From Ramazzottius varieornatus (taxonomy: Eukaryota; Animalia; Tardigrada): DNA of 64,000 bases. The DNA lies in assembly GCA_001949185.1 (NCBI GenBank), contig BDGG01000005.1, positions 1,601,249 to 1,665,248 on the forward strand, read 5' to 3'. Position numbers and translations under genes: made by a program. The notes beneath the pieces were generated by a model. The model saw nothing but the letters and a program-made list of their open reading frames with translations. It searched no databases and was not told where the DNA came from. This document shows, piece by piece, positions 11,482 to 24,400 of the stretch (position 1 is the stretch's first letter; the number at the start of each line of letters is the position of its first letter).

Positions 11482-13233
11482 CTGTATTCCCGCGAAAGCT
11501 TTGCGCAGTCACGTGAGATGTCCGTGAATTACGCCTGGCAGGGACAAAAAAGGTCTGTTTCTTCAATCAAAGACACTCGTCAATCAATTGGCATACACTT
11601 TATTCTTCCGAGAAAGAGTCTTCCACCGAACTGAAACTACACTCGAAAGACCTTTCCAAATCATCAGGGCTATCCAGAATCTCTTCCTGACTAGCTAACA
11701 TATACAGCGGCTCTGGCATTATACGAGCACCAACGAAAGAGTTTTCTATCGTAGAGACTTTGATTTTCTCCCAGGCTTCTGAAACAAACTTTATGAAATC
11801 TTGACGGCTCGGCTTCTTCAAATACCCGCTCTTGGTGACAGCGGTGCAATTGTCTCTCCACAAGTGGTAGGATTTGCGTAGGTACGATTTGAACGGGAAG
11901 TTGACACCAACGTCTAAAGGTCGGTAGGTACCAGTGAGACCAGCAGGAATAAACGCCTGTTCGATCCCCAGATTTTCAGTAAGAGCTGACTTTCGAAACT
12001 CCCATGAGCCGGCGCACGATCCCGAATCAAGGTACCGCCATCGTGTCTTTCGTCAAACGTTTCCTTGATCCAGAACCGGTCAAAGGCTGAATTCCACCAC
12101 CCCGAATGAGTACTGAAGATGCGGACGTTTTCGGGAATCTCCAACTTGTTGAGGATTCTCGGCGACTGCTTTCCGGTTTTCTTGTTACCTTTGAACACAA
12201 CGGAAGCTGGAAATTTCCAACCGTTGGCGCTGATCGTGAGGCACACCGTGAGACACTCAGGATCTCCTGGAGGTTGCACTACTCGCACTTCTTTGGCACC
12301 TTTCGGGGACAAAGTCTTTTTATAGGTGTTTTGCAGCCTGACTGATGTTTGGTCCATGTTCATTATGAGGTAAGGATGAGGGTTGTTGATGAAGACAGCT
12401 TTGAATATCCTGTGTAGGAAAAATTCTTCCTGGATCTGCAGACAAGAAAGAGGTAAATGGCAGTCAACTTTGCGCATGACGTCACAAATCGTAATGTCAG
12501 CAAGTAACAAGGCTTAAGGGGAAATTTTCACAATATGACGTCACACACTGTACGTAAGCAGATCCCTTACCTTATCTCCTTCCGTTTGGGCGAACTTTCG
12601 GCCAATCTTCGTTGTGACTCGTAGCACTAGTCCGCGTCGCTGCCTGAAGTCTCCGACCCAGCCTTTTGAAGCTTTGAATCCCGTGACTCCTCGCTCAGCG
12701 GCGACAGCAATAGCCATCCTTTGCAAATCGAACTCTCGAGTTGGTTTGGAGGCCTTCTGGCGGTCTTCATATCGCTTGTACACTTCGTCTTCGAGCTCGG
12801 GGTGCTGAATTCTCCTGCCAGAGTTGTTGATCTTATCTGGAAGCTTTCCAGACCTGTCCATGACAAAAGTTGCTGTAGATACATACTGTACAAGGTTCTC
12901 AAACAAGTTGGAGCATTTCTTACTTCCAAGCACGCAATGTCGATTCCGGAATCCCGAAGGCTTTGGCATAACTGCGAAGGCTTCCCTCCCACCTCTCCAA
13001 GGCACTAACGTGACGCTTCGCCTCCTCAACGGAGTGTGTATTATGAGATTTAGAAGTCATTCCGACGAGATACCTGACACATGGGCTTCCGGACAGAAAA
13101 TCAGAAAACAAATGCAACAAGTGAAAACGCGATGGGCTCCAATCAGGCAGTCAATGCATTGTACATTAAAATGTTCGTAGGTTTGATTTATGGGCATGAC
13201 ACGTGACTGCGCAAAACTTTCGTGGGAATATAG
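11482..13233 (-). mobile_element. pogo-superfamily DNA transposon (DD35D)
   Basis: 34-bp TIRs at 11482-11515 and 13200-13233 (3 mismatches), TA on both flanks. Encodes an HTH (YAKAFGIPESTLRAW), a CENPB-type HTH (FKASKGWVGDF) and a DDE_1 domain (NMDQT, IRDRAPAH, and RPLDVGVN after repairing one 1-nt frameshift near 11973). Two GT-AG introns. Confidence 0.9.
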
Positions 13234-14223
13234 TAATTCGTTTTCGTTTCGGCGAACCGATCTGCCAGTCAATGCAGTACACGCGGCTGGCCTAATTATT
13301 GACCTGGACAAAATATCTGGCCGGACGGTCTGGCGGCAGTTAACGCAGAGATTGTTATGTCGTAGCAGAAACGAGCTCTGTGACGTCAGCAAGTAAAATT
13401 TCGCAGTGCAATATGCGGAATAGAGTATCATTCCAGATTTCGTTTCTTATTTCGTACTTCTTTTCCCATCTTGAGGAAGGTTAGCCTGGAATATGCCGGA
13501 GGGTCTTGTAAGCGAGAGACAGCGAAAGGATAGCCAAAAAAAGCAGTTCGAGCGGTTGCCTTCCGAAGGTGGTGAATCACGTGAGTAAAGGCCTGGCCGG
13601 CGAGAAAAGTCAAGCTTTAACGTTGATTTACCATTAGAGCTGCATTTGCCTAGCAGAATAACCAAGCGTATAGAAGGAACCAGATCAACGATTTTTTGAG
13701 AAGATCTTTGCATACGTTTGGTTGTTCGTGTAGGTAAAGCGGTAATGTGTGGTGAAGCCAGTTCTGTTTCAGCCGCAAGCGAATACAGCTGGCGGAGCCG
13801 CTGATTCGGAACGACTTTTCGAGTCGCGACTAATTGTTTAGGGAAACATAGGGCGTGATCTGCCGGTCCACTCCCACAGCATTTGGCCAATCAGAAACAA
13901 AGCAGATAAATGGCTGAGGGGCTTGACTAGTTGACTTGGTTTGTGGCAAGTAGCAAAATTGATTTTGAACTCCAGCCCGTAAAGAGTGCGCGGTTGTTAG
14001 AGATGGAGGTTTCATTCGATGGCTTGGATTTACCGCGCGTGTGTCCTCTGCCGCGGTGTTGTTGTTACAGATGAGCCGTTCTCGTCAAGACGAGTACTCG
14101 TAGTCTACATTTCCGCTGCAGTTAAAGATGTAATTCATGCCTTCACGCACTCAGCACAACAGCAGGATCTTACAGTCGTTGTGCGCGTTATCCCAAAAGA
14201 TATGGTGATCTCCTCCACTTTTC

Positions 14224-17200
14224 ATGGCCAGCAAGAAGAAGGAATTTGCCAGCGAAAATGAGGAAAGCTCAGCGTCAGCTCCAAGATGCTCGGATTCGGA
14301 ATCGTCGGACACGGAAGAGGAACTGGAAGAGCCATCTTCCACTTTTCATCGACGAGTATCCACGAATCGGACACTCAAGAATTCCGTAAGTTTGCGAAGT
14401 GGTTCCTCTTCATTTCCAGTCCTCGTTTTTACGGCACGATATTTCGTCTTCAGGTCGTTATCAAGGAAGGATGGCTCCTGAAGCAAGCGTCGTCCTTTCA
14501 GGTAAGAGTTTCGTATGAGGTTCTGGATAGATGGTGCAGAAATGTCAGTGGATAAAATATGGTCCGCCGTGCTGATAGATCGCGTATTACGTCATGGTTA
14601 AGGCGGCCTTTAGTGCGTCATTTGGGATAGGCTCTATGACGTAGTGCGCGGGTATGGATGATTACATTACGCTAATTAGCCGTATATGAAGAAGTACAGT
14701 AATGATTGACAATTCTGACAAGTTCGACATCTGTGTGGATTATGAAGTGCGAATTTACATGGTGTTATTGTAAAAGTGACTGCCGGACTCTCTCGAGGAG
14801 ATCTGACAGAGGAAATTGATTGCGGACGAGAAAGTTGAACGGGAATAGTTATGCGCTCGAGGCACTTGACTGGAGATTGTTACGATCCTCCCCGGTCGTT
14901 TACTGGAAGGCGCGGAAGACATTATAGTCGGTTGTCTTTAGTTTGTTTGACGCCGTGTGCTGTCGGAAGAAGAAGGCCCATCTGGCGTTCGTCCTCGTTA
15001 AGTTATGACGTCGGAAGAGTGGTTCCGCGTCCTAATTGACGAAAGATGGTTAAACCATCCGATTCCGCTCGAACGAGCTTTTGAAGTCGGGGATATTCGG
15101 TAACTGACAGTTTCATCGGCTCGGGAACTTGATGATTGATGAATGATGGCGCCTTTGGCCTAAATGTAGTTCATCGTCTTCTTGATCCACATTTAAGCCT
15201 GCCGTCCAGAAAGGGAATATGTCGCTTCCGGTCTCCTACATTCCTATATCTCTTTTCTAATTACAGAGATGGAGACGGCGATACTTCAAACTTCAAGGGA
15301 AGAGACTCTATCACGCCAAGAGCAGCAACGTAATTTTTCTCAAGGGTTCTCTGAGTAGAGGATCATTGATTTTCTTCCGCGACCCGTTGTGTACATATAA
15401 TCACGGCTTTGTTGTTTCTGTTTTAGTCGAGCTTGTTGGAGGAAGTGCCATTAACTGATGTCTCGTTGGCCGAGCGAGGAGTGAAGAACGCCAACAATGT
15501 CTTTCAGGTTCTTACCCCGGAAACCAGTCCATCTAGACAAATTATAGCCTTGTCCTAGTAATAACATTTGGTTCAATTACGAGATTCTCTTTAGGTAATC
15601 ACTCCGTCGCAGTCACTTATCCTATCAGCGGAAACGCGTCGGGATATGGAAGAATGGATGTCCGCTATCAAAGCCGCTTCCTCCAAGGAGTTTTACGATG
15701 TAAGATAGAGTCTTCCATTGCCTTCTTCCGCCTGATTAAGCCTATAGCCTAGTTGGCGATGACTTTCATCGCCACATTTTTCACAGTTGGATGCTATTTT
15801 GAGTATCATATAGCGCGCGCGTTCTTTTGCGCAATGGTAAAATAACAGAGCGCACATTGAGAGTCTATTATTTCATTAGGTCAGCGAACAACTGGCACTC
15901 TTTTCCGGCCAACACAACTGGTATGTTTGTTCCCATGCCCGTCCAACTTACTGCAATATTTGCCGAGACGTCCTTTCTGGCGTCGCCTCCAACGGACTGT
16001 CCTGTGAAGGTCAGCCAATTTTACTCTAAACAATTTGGAATTTCAGAACTTTTCTAGGTTGATTTGAGCTCAAGCTGTCTATTTCATCCGAATTCTCTGG
16101 GTTTCTTTCCCGTTGTTAGTTTCCCTTTCTCCGAATACAGGGAATATTTGGGTCGTCGGCAGCTAAAGTCAGCTAGATCGTTTTTTCAAGTGGCGGACAC
16201 TTTCAGCCAATAGAACTGCAGATGTGCGCCACTTGAGATGGTGATCTGGATGAATTCCCTTGCCGCCATCCCACTTTTTATGGAATTGTTTGATAAGGGA
16301 TTTCCGCTCTTTCGTTACTCATCTCCATCAACAAGCATTTTTTTGTCGTAGTGTGCAAGTTCAAAGCACACAAGAGGTGTGCCATCCAGGCTCCCAACAA
16401 CTGCAAATGGACAACGTTGGCATCAATGGGGCAGGAAAACATAATCGAGGATAAGGATGGCGTGAGTGATCTTCCCATCCCATTTCTGTGTGTACGATGA
16501 GTCGGCGACTCTGTCACACTTGTCTCCAATGTCTAGCGTTCAAATGTTGTTTATTTATGTGTGCGCAGAGCATCCACATGAGGCATCAATGGATGGAAGG
16601 GAATCTGACAGTCAGCGGCAAGTGTCGAGTTTGTGACAAGACTTGTGGAAGCGTCCTCCGCTTGCAGGACTGGCGTTGTCTCTGGTGCAAATCCATGGTA
16701 AGTTGTAAATTAGCTTCATGTCATTCCCAATCCCCCATCATAAGCAATTCATACCTGCAGCGCTAGCCTCCCCGCGCCGCTAATCTTGAAAAATGTCAAC
16801 AAGATAGTTACTGTCTCTCCCGACCATCATAAATTTTCGAAATTGAAGTAACGTAACCGAGAGCGGAAAAGTTGTCCCGTTCATTTTCAAATGTTTACCA
16901 ACAAAGTTCGATCACGTCACTTACCTGCATACGGGAACCTGATACGCTGTGTGAAGGTTCTTGCATGCAGGTGCGTGATGAATCAGTTTCAGACGTCATG
17001 TACCTGCATACCGGTGTAGTATAGCATCTGTGAGCCTTCTTGTACGCAGGTGGTCGAAATGGTTTCGTTTCGGTTGCCAACCTCCCGTTTTATGGTTTCG
17101 GTCGGTTTGCAATGAATACTCGATTAATTTGATCTGGATCATTTACGTAACGTAATGTAGTATCCATTCTCAATAGTAATGAAAAAAAGTTAGGTTGTGA

Positions 17201-20200
17201 TCGATCAGTGGCTTTTCCAATCAAGTCACCGGAACGTAATTAGGGTTCCTTATTCCTGTTTAATTTCGCGGTGGGGTGATCGGCTGCTATCCGCGGAATG
17301 TGTTGTTGGGTCTTCTGTTGACACCTATCGTTTTTTCTCCACTTCCTGTAGGTACACACACAATGTTTGCCTCACTTTCCGGAGCGCTGCTCCCTTCATC
17401 CGCACTGTCGCTTCTCCACAGTTCCACCGACGTTGTTCAACCATGCGGAGAATGACACGGTGCTGTGCATTAGCGATCCGCAGGGTTTGGCTACAGGCTC
17501 CCGGCGATATTCACCTTCTGGCCTGTCACCGCTGTTGGTCTTTGCCAACTCGAAGAGCGGCGATAACCAAGGCGTCAAGTTCCTGCGCCGCTTCAAACAA
17601 ACGCTCAATCCGGCTCAGGTCTTTGACTTGATGCAGAACGGAACCACATTGGGGTAAGGCATATGAACGCTTTGTACAAACTCCCCGCGTGACAGTCACG
17701 TAATTTCATTCCATTCATACCTAGAAAGGCATGTTTGTGCCGGTTTAATGGATCCGTGCTTTGACAGATTACAACTTTTCAAAAAATTCGACTCGTTTCG
17801 CGTGCTCGTCTGCGGAGGCGATGGATCCGTGGGATGGGTTCTTCAAGACTTGGACACGCACAACCTCCTTCGCAAGGTACAACCATCAGTCAAAAAAATT
17901 CCGCAGAACACTAAGCAAAGCATTATAAACCCATGTCAAATTAAGAGAAAAAATAACTTGTACGGAATTGTGCCTGTGAATAATGAGCTCGGCGAAAAAA
18001 CTCGACCAGATCGTTTTCCTCAGTGGCGCATGTTTTCAGTACTATTGGCTGGCGTCGCGCGCACCTTGGAAAAACGATCTGGTTGTGTCTGTCTCGTATG
18101 CCGAGCTCTCAAAAAGTGATTGTAAATGGTTGGTGAGGGACAGCCCGAAAAGAACCGAAATAGAACTCGAAAGATTAAATGAATAGCTGAAAGGAAGAAT
18201 ATAAGTTTGAAATGGGACACAGCGGAAACCTTCCACGGACCCTGGAGAAACATTTCCGAATCCCGGATGTTACGTCGTTGCGCAGGAGTCGAAGGGGGGA
18301 TTAAATTATAAGCCTGGATAGCCCCAACCCATGATGTATGGTATCATTTGAATTCTTAATCGTCGCACAGTTCACGTCTCGTTAATCCTGCACATGACAC
18401 AACGGAGGCAGCTTTACGGTGGCACTGTACTCAGACTATTGTAAGTCGCAGTGTTTAGCGTATCAGACACTGAGTGTTCTAATGTTCCCACGCACCGGGA
18501 CTCGGAATCGATAACGGTTTTTCAATCAAGCAGACTGCCCGCGGAAGTAATTGAAGAGCATTGAGATTAAACTTTTCCAAAGAGGGCAAGACGTGCCTGA
18601 CTAATGGTCTCACGACAGTGGGTGGCCATCATTTCCCCATCTTACAATTGTCACGATTGTCTTCTCATAATCCAATCATTGGGCCGCTTTTCAACTGTGG
18701 TGTCAAGTGAACATTTTTCCATCAAGAACGTTTACATTCAATCGCAATATATGTTCCATCTTTCTCGCGGGGCGGAATATAGATGGTTCAACCCGGCTAA
18801 CCGCAGCTAGCGGCGAATATAAACGAGTGATTTCTTCTCGGGCTCCAGGCAATCTCCTCAGGCTTTTTCCTGAATGCCCTCCTCCATGTAGCGGCTTCGT
18901 TATGATTGAAAGATCTGAGGGTTCGGCCGAAACTAATCAAGGCTCTCGGAACGCAGACCAAAGCCATGACTTTACGTAGGAACGCAGTACATAACAAAGT
19001 ATGACATTATGTTTTTGCGAGTCGAGTTTTCCCGGAATTTGGTCGACTCGAAGGTCAGCAATGTCATCGACCAAATCACAGCTTAGTCCGAGGGTTCGTC
19101 GAACTCATTACTGTAAGTTTTTCCGGGTTCAATGTAAAAGCAGTAGCATAAACAGGGTTAGTTTACACTTTGAAATGTCGGCTTGTGATGACGTGACTAA
19201 TCACAAAACCAGTTGATTTTTCCCGGGACGAACTTTCATCAAGGTTTCTTTCTGTGATTTCAGTGTCAAGTGGGTATCTTGCCGCTAGGAACCGGCAACG
19301 ATTTGGCGCGCGTTCTGGGTTGGGGTTCGACGTGTGACGCCGACACACCCCTCGCCAACGTGTTGGAGAAGTACGAGTGGGCTAGCTCAAAGCTGCTAGA
19401 TCGATGGAGTATCATGGAGTACCACGAAAGCAACGTCCGTCTTGTCCCTCTCCTGCCGCCCTCTCCCGATCCCAGTAGTTTCGCACACAGTCCGCCCGCT
19501 CCTTCTTCCAGCGCCTCCGACACCATCTCCTCTTATGAGGACTGTGTGGCCTCACATCTGTCCCGCATCATGCTTTCCGAACAACACTGTGATATGCTGA
19601 GATCAGCCAAGACACTGTGCGAAACCATCAAGGACTTTGTGGCAAGGGTAGGCTTGGCTTTTGAGCACCAGGATGAACGGCAGGATCAACAGCGCATGAC
19701 CCTCAAGGTAAAGTGCACTTCCGTAATGAGTTTCGTCACAAAGAAAACGAAAATAATCAATGATTGGTACGCTGAAATAGAAACCGATGTTTCTAGCGTT
19801 TTCCACATATGGCATAAAGCCTCGGTTTCTGTTGAAGTGGTCCATTCTACTCCATCACCGTTGCTGCCACGTATCCCACTCTTATCTAATCGCGTTTCCG
19901 CCCTTCCGTAGTGTCAACTGCTGAATGAAAAGCTTGATAGGCTCCTCGACACTCTTCACAGGGAAGCAGCAGAAGCGAGTTCGGCGAGTAGGGCTGACAG
20001 CCCGCGACCAGGGCCAAGTTCAAGACTCGACGAACCACCGCCGTCCAGAAGTGGGTCCTCCGCATCGGTCAGGGTCATGCCATCGGACAGAAGGGTATGC
20101 TGTGCAATGATCATTCCATCTACCCTTCGTTCTTATGTAGACCAGCTTTCTTCGTGCCTTACAGAGAGCCTTTATCCATCAAGACCTCCTGCTCTCTAGA

Positions 20201-23200
20201 GCCAACAGCCTGAAGAAAGCTGTCCGTCAAATAATCGAACACACAGAAAAAGGTACTGGGACCAATCTTAGTTATAAATGACACTGGCTCTCATGTAAGA
20301 GTCAACTCACACGAAACTTTTGACGTCGGAAGGCAGTCGAGGAAACTGTAAACAGGCTAATTTCTCTTCGAAATCCGTCGAATACTCCATGCAGACCAAA
20401 GTTTGAGACGTTGCCTTTCTTTCTAGCTGTGGACGAACAGAACGCTCTCCAAGTTCCCCGGCCGCTCGGGCGCCGGCAGTCCCGTTCAGCGGAGAACATG
20501 GTGCAAAGAAGCGTTGAATCGGTGCCTGGTCCAGGGAGGGACCTGATCTTTCGATACCCTGCAATCGAACACCGGCCGACGGCGGACGATTATCTAAGTA
20601 AGGCTACTTTCCCTGGTAAAATTTTCTCGTGACCACTAATACGTTTCTCTGCTGTTGACAGAAAACTGCCCGCTGGATCTGGCAGCCACGACTTCTTCCG
20701 TCCTTCCTCCTTCCAGCGAACTCTCCAGATCGCGTGCAACGACGGTGAGCCGGTCTCATCCGTGGTTAAAGTCCCCACCGAATCGGTATCCAGTTCCTCG
20801 TAAGTTTACTGTTGTTCTGTATACCTTTGGGGAATAAGCAAATTAATTGAGCAATTGTTGTGGCTTTGCAGATATTAAGAAAGGCTTGGTGACCAATCTT
20901 GCTGCTGGCACAAGTTTGATTACCCGAGTTCTTCTTGCCAATGCGGATGCCATGTGCCAATTTGGCACTTCATCGTTTGTTCAAAGCACAGAAAATATAG
21001 CCCTGTAAGCACATAAATGATTATACATCGATAAAACCGCAGCTGTGGGAATAAATTTCGCGTTGACTTCATAAATCACGAACCCGGAAGTTGCACGGCA
21101 CGACTTTGACTGGGCTTCGGTAATACCAGTCAAGGTCGTGCCCAGCCCAGAATTAATTTTTCGTGAAACAGAAACCCTGGAACCACTTTCACATATGAAA
21201 GAAAACCGAACTATAAAAAACTGAAGGTCGATTTTTTGGGCTTGGCAGAGAGTCGTTCCATGAGCGTTGCGTGATGAGCAACTACTTTGGCATCGGTCTC
21301 GACGCCAAGATTGCCCTAGAGTTTCACCATATGCGGGAAGAGCATCCCGAGAAATGCCGGAACCGTACAAAGAACATGATGTGGTACGGTGTCCTTGGTG
21401 TGAAAGAACTGCAGAAGAGAACGTACAGTCACCTCGAACAACGCGTCCAGCTCGAATGCGACGGCCAGAGAATACCACTTCCCAGCTTACAAGGTACTAA
21501 AACTCTCATGCACCCACATACAGCTGCACCACAGTAAATGTGCGACTGGCTGTATGCAGGATGGGGTTGCGAGCACGTACGTGCAGGTAAACGTCACAAT
21601 TCGGGCGTAGTGATTTTCCCGTCACATGTCGCTTTCGACAATGGCTCGAACCGCTCCCAGACACCCTACCGCAGTACGGAATTACAGCGCGGTAGATCAC
21701 ATGTGGTATCTTGATTTTTATTTCGGATTTGTTTCCTCACAATCAGAGAAAGACCAGCTAGTCCCAAAATAATTGAAACCGACTCTATGACGTAGACACA
21801 GCTATCGCGAAAAGCGACAACAGCGCCTCTCTCGGCCTCGCTGTTGAGATTTTTCCAGGTTTTTTAGCATTACAGCAACTCTCCTTTCTTCCGAGCATTG
21901 TGTCTTCAAGGTCTAGACTGTGTGTGTGCTCAAATCTGTTTGGCTAGATAGGGAAGATCTTTCTCCACAAGATAGCATTGAAAACAAAGGGATCGGGCCA
22001 CGAGGAACGAAGTTCTAGACCGCCCGAATTGTGACGGGAAAATCACTACGTCCGAATTGTGACGTTTACCTCGTAGCACTGTAAACAACGCCTCGTTGTA
22101 TGCACGATACTTTTTCTCTGTCAATCATTCAAATTTGCTCACTGGCTTGTTGAAAAACTTATCGGCACCTGATAATTTACGTTGCTTATCGTTTCTGGAG
22201 GTATCGTGGTGCTAAACATCTCCAGTTACATGGGTGGTGCCAACTTTTGGGGTGGCGTGAAGGCTGACGACTTTTTTCGCGCACCGGCCTTTGACGATCG
22301 CATGCTGGAAGTGGTGGCGGTCTTCGGGACTATCCAGATGGCCGTGTCTAAGGTCGTGAGGATACAGCATCATCGGATAGCGCAGTGCCGAAGCGTCAAG
22401 ATTACGATCAAAGGAGACGAAGGAATCCCGGTGCAGGTCGACGGTGAAGCGTGGAAGCAACCACCCGGTGTGATTCATATCGTCCATAAGAACAAGGCTC
22501 AGATGCTCTGTCGCGATCGGGTAAGTCTTCGACCAGATGGTCTCTTGAATTGTGAAATAATGAAGTCAAATTTGCTTTGCAGCATTTCGAGAACGTCTTC
22601 AAGACTTGGCAACACCAACATCCTTCTCACCAGCAATCGCCCTCGTGGAGGAGTGTTCCGGACTTGAGAGGACCCGCTATCCTAACCGAAGCGGAAGCGC
22701 GCTTGTTGGATCACTTTGCCAGAAGTAGCGCCCGGCTGATACGATGGTGAGCTTGAGTACTTCTATTACGGCGAGCCATCCAGTGTAATTATGGCTCTTT
22801 GTTCTTCTTCCGTCTAACAAAGTCCCTCCAAGTTTATAAATGATTTTTCTGATTTTCTTTGTAGTGTCAAAGTGGCCACCATGTCGCTGCCGGATATGGA
22901 AAGTGACTTGTCAGTGCTGGTCAACCGAGCTGCCGAATGTTTAGACCATCTTTGCCCGTATGGGAAACTGATGAATACAGTAAGACAAGACGGCGACCAT
23001 TTCGTCCTTCCTTTCGGTGTTCGGTCTATCATCTCCTAATCTGTGTTTTCTCCTTTTCCCTTCGTGAAGGAGCAAGATCTGGTGGTGGGTTCTCTCTTCT
23101 CCTGTGTCTCGTCTATTCCGCTGTTCGCATCTTGTGAAACGTGATTTAGTTATGAATGGATTCTTTTCTGCGTAGCCCAGTACGAAATTCATCGTCAACC

Positions 23201-24002
23201 GGCTGCTCAGTACGATGAAGGAAATTCGAGCAGCTTCCGCTGACATGCTCCACGCCAAGCCGGAAGCTCTGAGCCTAGCCGTTGATACAGCTCAAGAACT
23301 ACAGGCAGCTTTGAACGATCTCGACACAGATATCATAACGATCTCGGAAGCTGGACTAGCCGTTGCCGTCGAAGACGACGCCAAGGTTTGCAGTGCCCTT
23401 CTCCGAGGCATACTTCCTGGTTCGTAATTTGAGTCTTTTATTTAGAGTATTACTGGGGATAGCCGGACGCTAAGGACTCGCCTGCTAGACAAGTTTCGTC
23501 GCCGACCTGCCGACACCGTAGACTTCCCATTCAAATACCCAAGTAAGACAGTCTTTCGCTTTGCCATCACCAAGAAACTGACAGCCGATAAATGACTTGA
23601 TCATTTCCTCGACTGGCGTACGCTGTCAGCCAACTCGAAGCAGTCCATTTGCCGGCGTCCCTAATACTCGTCTAGACCTTGAATGAGGAATTTGGTTGGT
23701 AGGTTTCGCCATTCGAGAGTGGACAAGCGAAGACGTGGCCTTGTGGTTGTCCTCATTACAGCTCGGTGAATACAAGGAAGCGTTCATTTCACACGATATT
23801 CGTGGAAGTGAACTGGTGAATCTCACGCGGCGTGATCTTCGGGTAAGCTTCGCGAGCCGAAAGTTCTGTCTACTTCCGCTGCCTCTAATAAAGAGCATTT
23901 CTATGGTAGGAACTGGGAATAACCAAAGTTGGGCATTTGAAGAGAATTCAGCAAGCTACCAGAGATCACCTGCTAAATATTGGTGAAGGTAGTGCCTTGT
24001 AA
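14224..24002 (+). CDS. DGKH: Type II diacylglycerol kinase (eta/delta-like): PH, two C1, split catalytic domain, SAM
   Basis: KEGWLLKQ and RWRRRYFKL (PH); [17 protein letters not shown] and HQWMEGNL (C1); [48 protein letters not shown] and VQVDGEAW (catalytic); [10 protein letters not shown]...ELGITKVGH (SAM). Confidence 0.93.
16155..16266. repeat. Intronic palindromic element copy (DGK intron)
   Basis: AGATCGTTTTTTCAAGTGGCGGACACTTTCAGCCAATAG...GTGCGCCACTTGAG..GATCT. Confidence 0.75.
17985..18108. repeat. Intronic palindromic element copy (DGK intron)
   Basis: GAGCTCGGC..CCAGATCGTTTTCCTCAGTGGCGCA ... CTTGGAAAAACGATCTGG..GCCGAGCTC. Confidence 0.8.
21585..22071. mobile_element. MITE with 42-bp TIRs in a DGK intron
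   Basis: AGGTAAACGTCACAATTCGGGCGTAGTGATTTTCCCGTCACA (21585-21626) has an inverted copy at 22030-22071 with 1 mismatch. Confidence 0.75.
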
Positions 24003-24400
24003 CCTAAGCTTGTCCACAGTTGGTATCCAACTTCCGACGCTTTCGTCACTCTTTCTTGTTTCACTTGTTTTTGGTTGGTACGAGCTGTGTACCCTTTTCA
24101 GGTCGAGAACTGTTTTTTTACCGGTAAACGTATGTTTTATACAGTGGAAATATTTGGGCTCATTTTCTGCGTTCAGATTTTCAGGTACTGTACTTGATAT
24201 TGATTTTTGTTTGCCCGCCTTTGTGATATTCATGTTGAATCAAACCACAAAGTTGACCAAATCGAAAAGTGTACCTTGATATTCAAATAAAAACCTCACA
24301 TCGAACACCTAACCGCAGCTCTTACTACACGTAACTCCAGACGTACAATATTCACCCATACCGAATACCGAAACCAATAGAATATTTCGGACCATGTACT

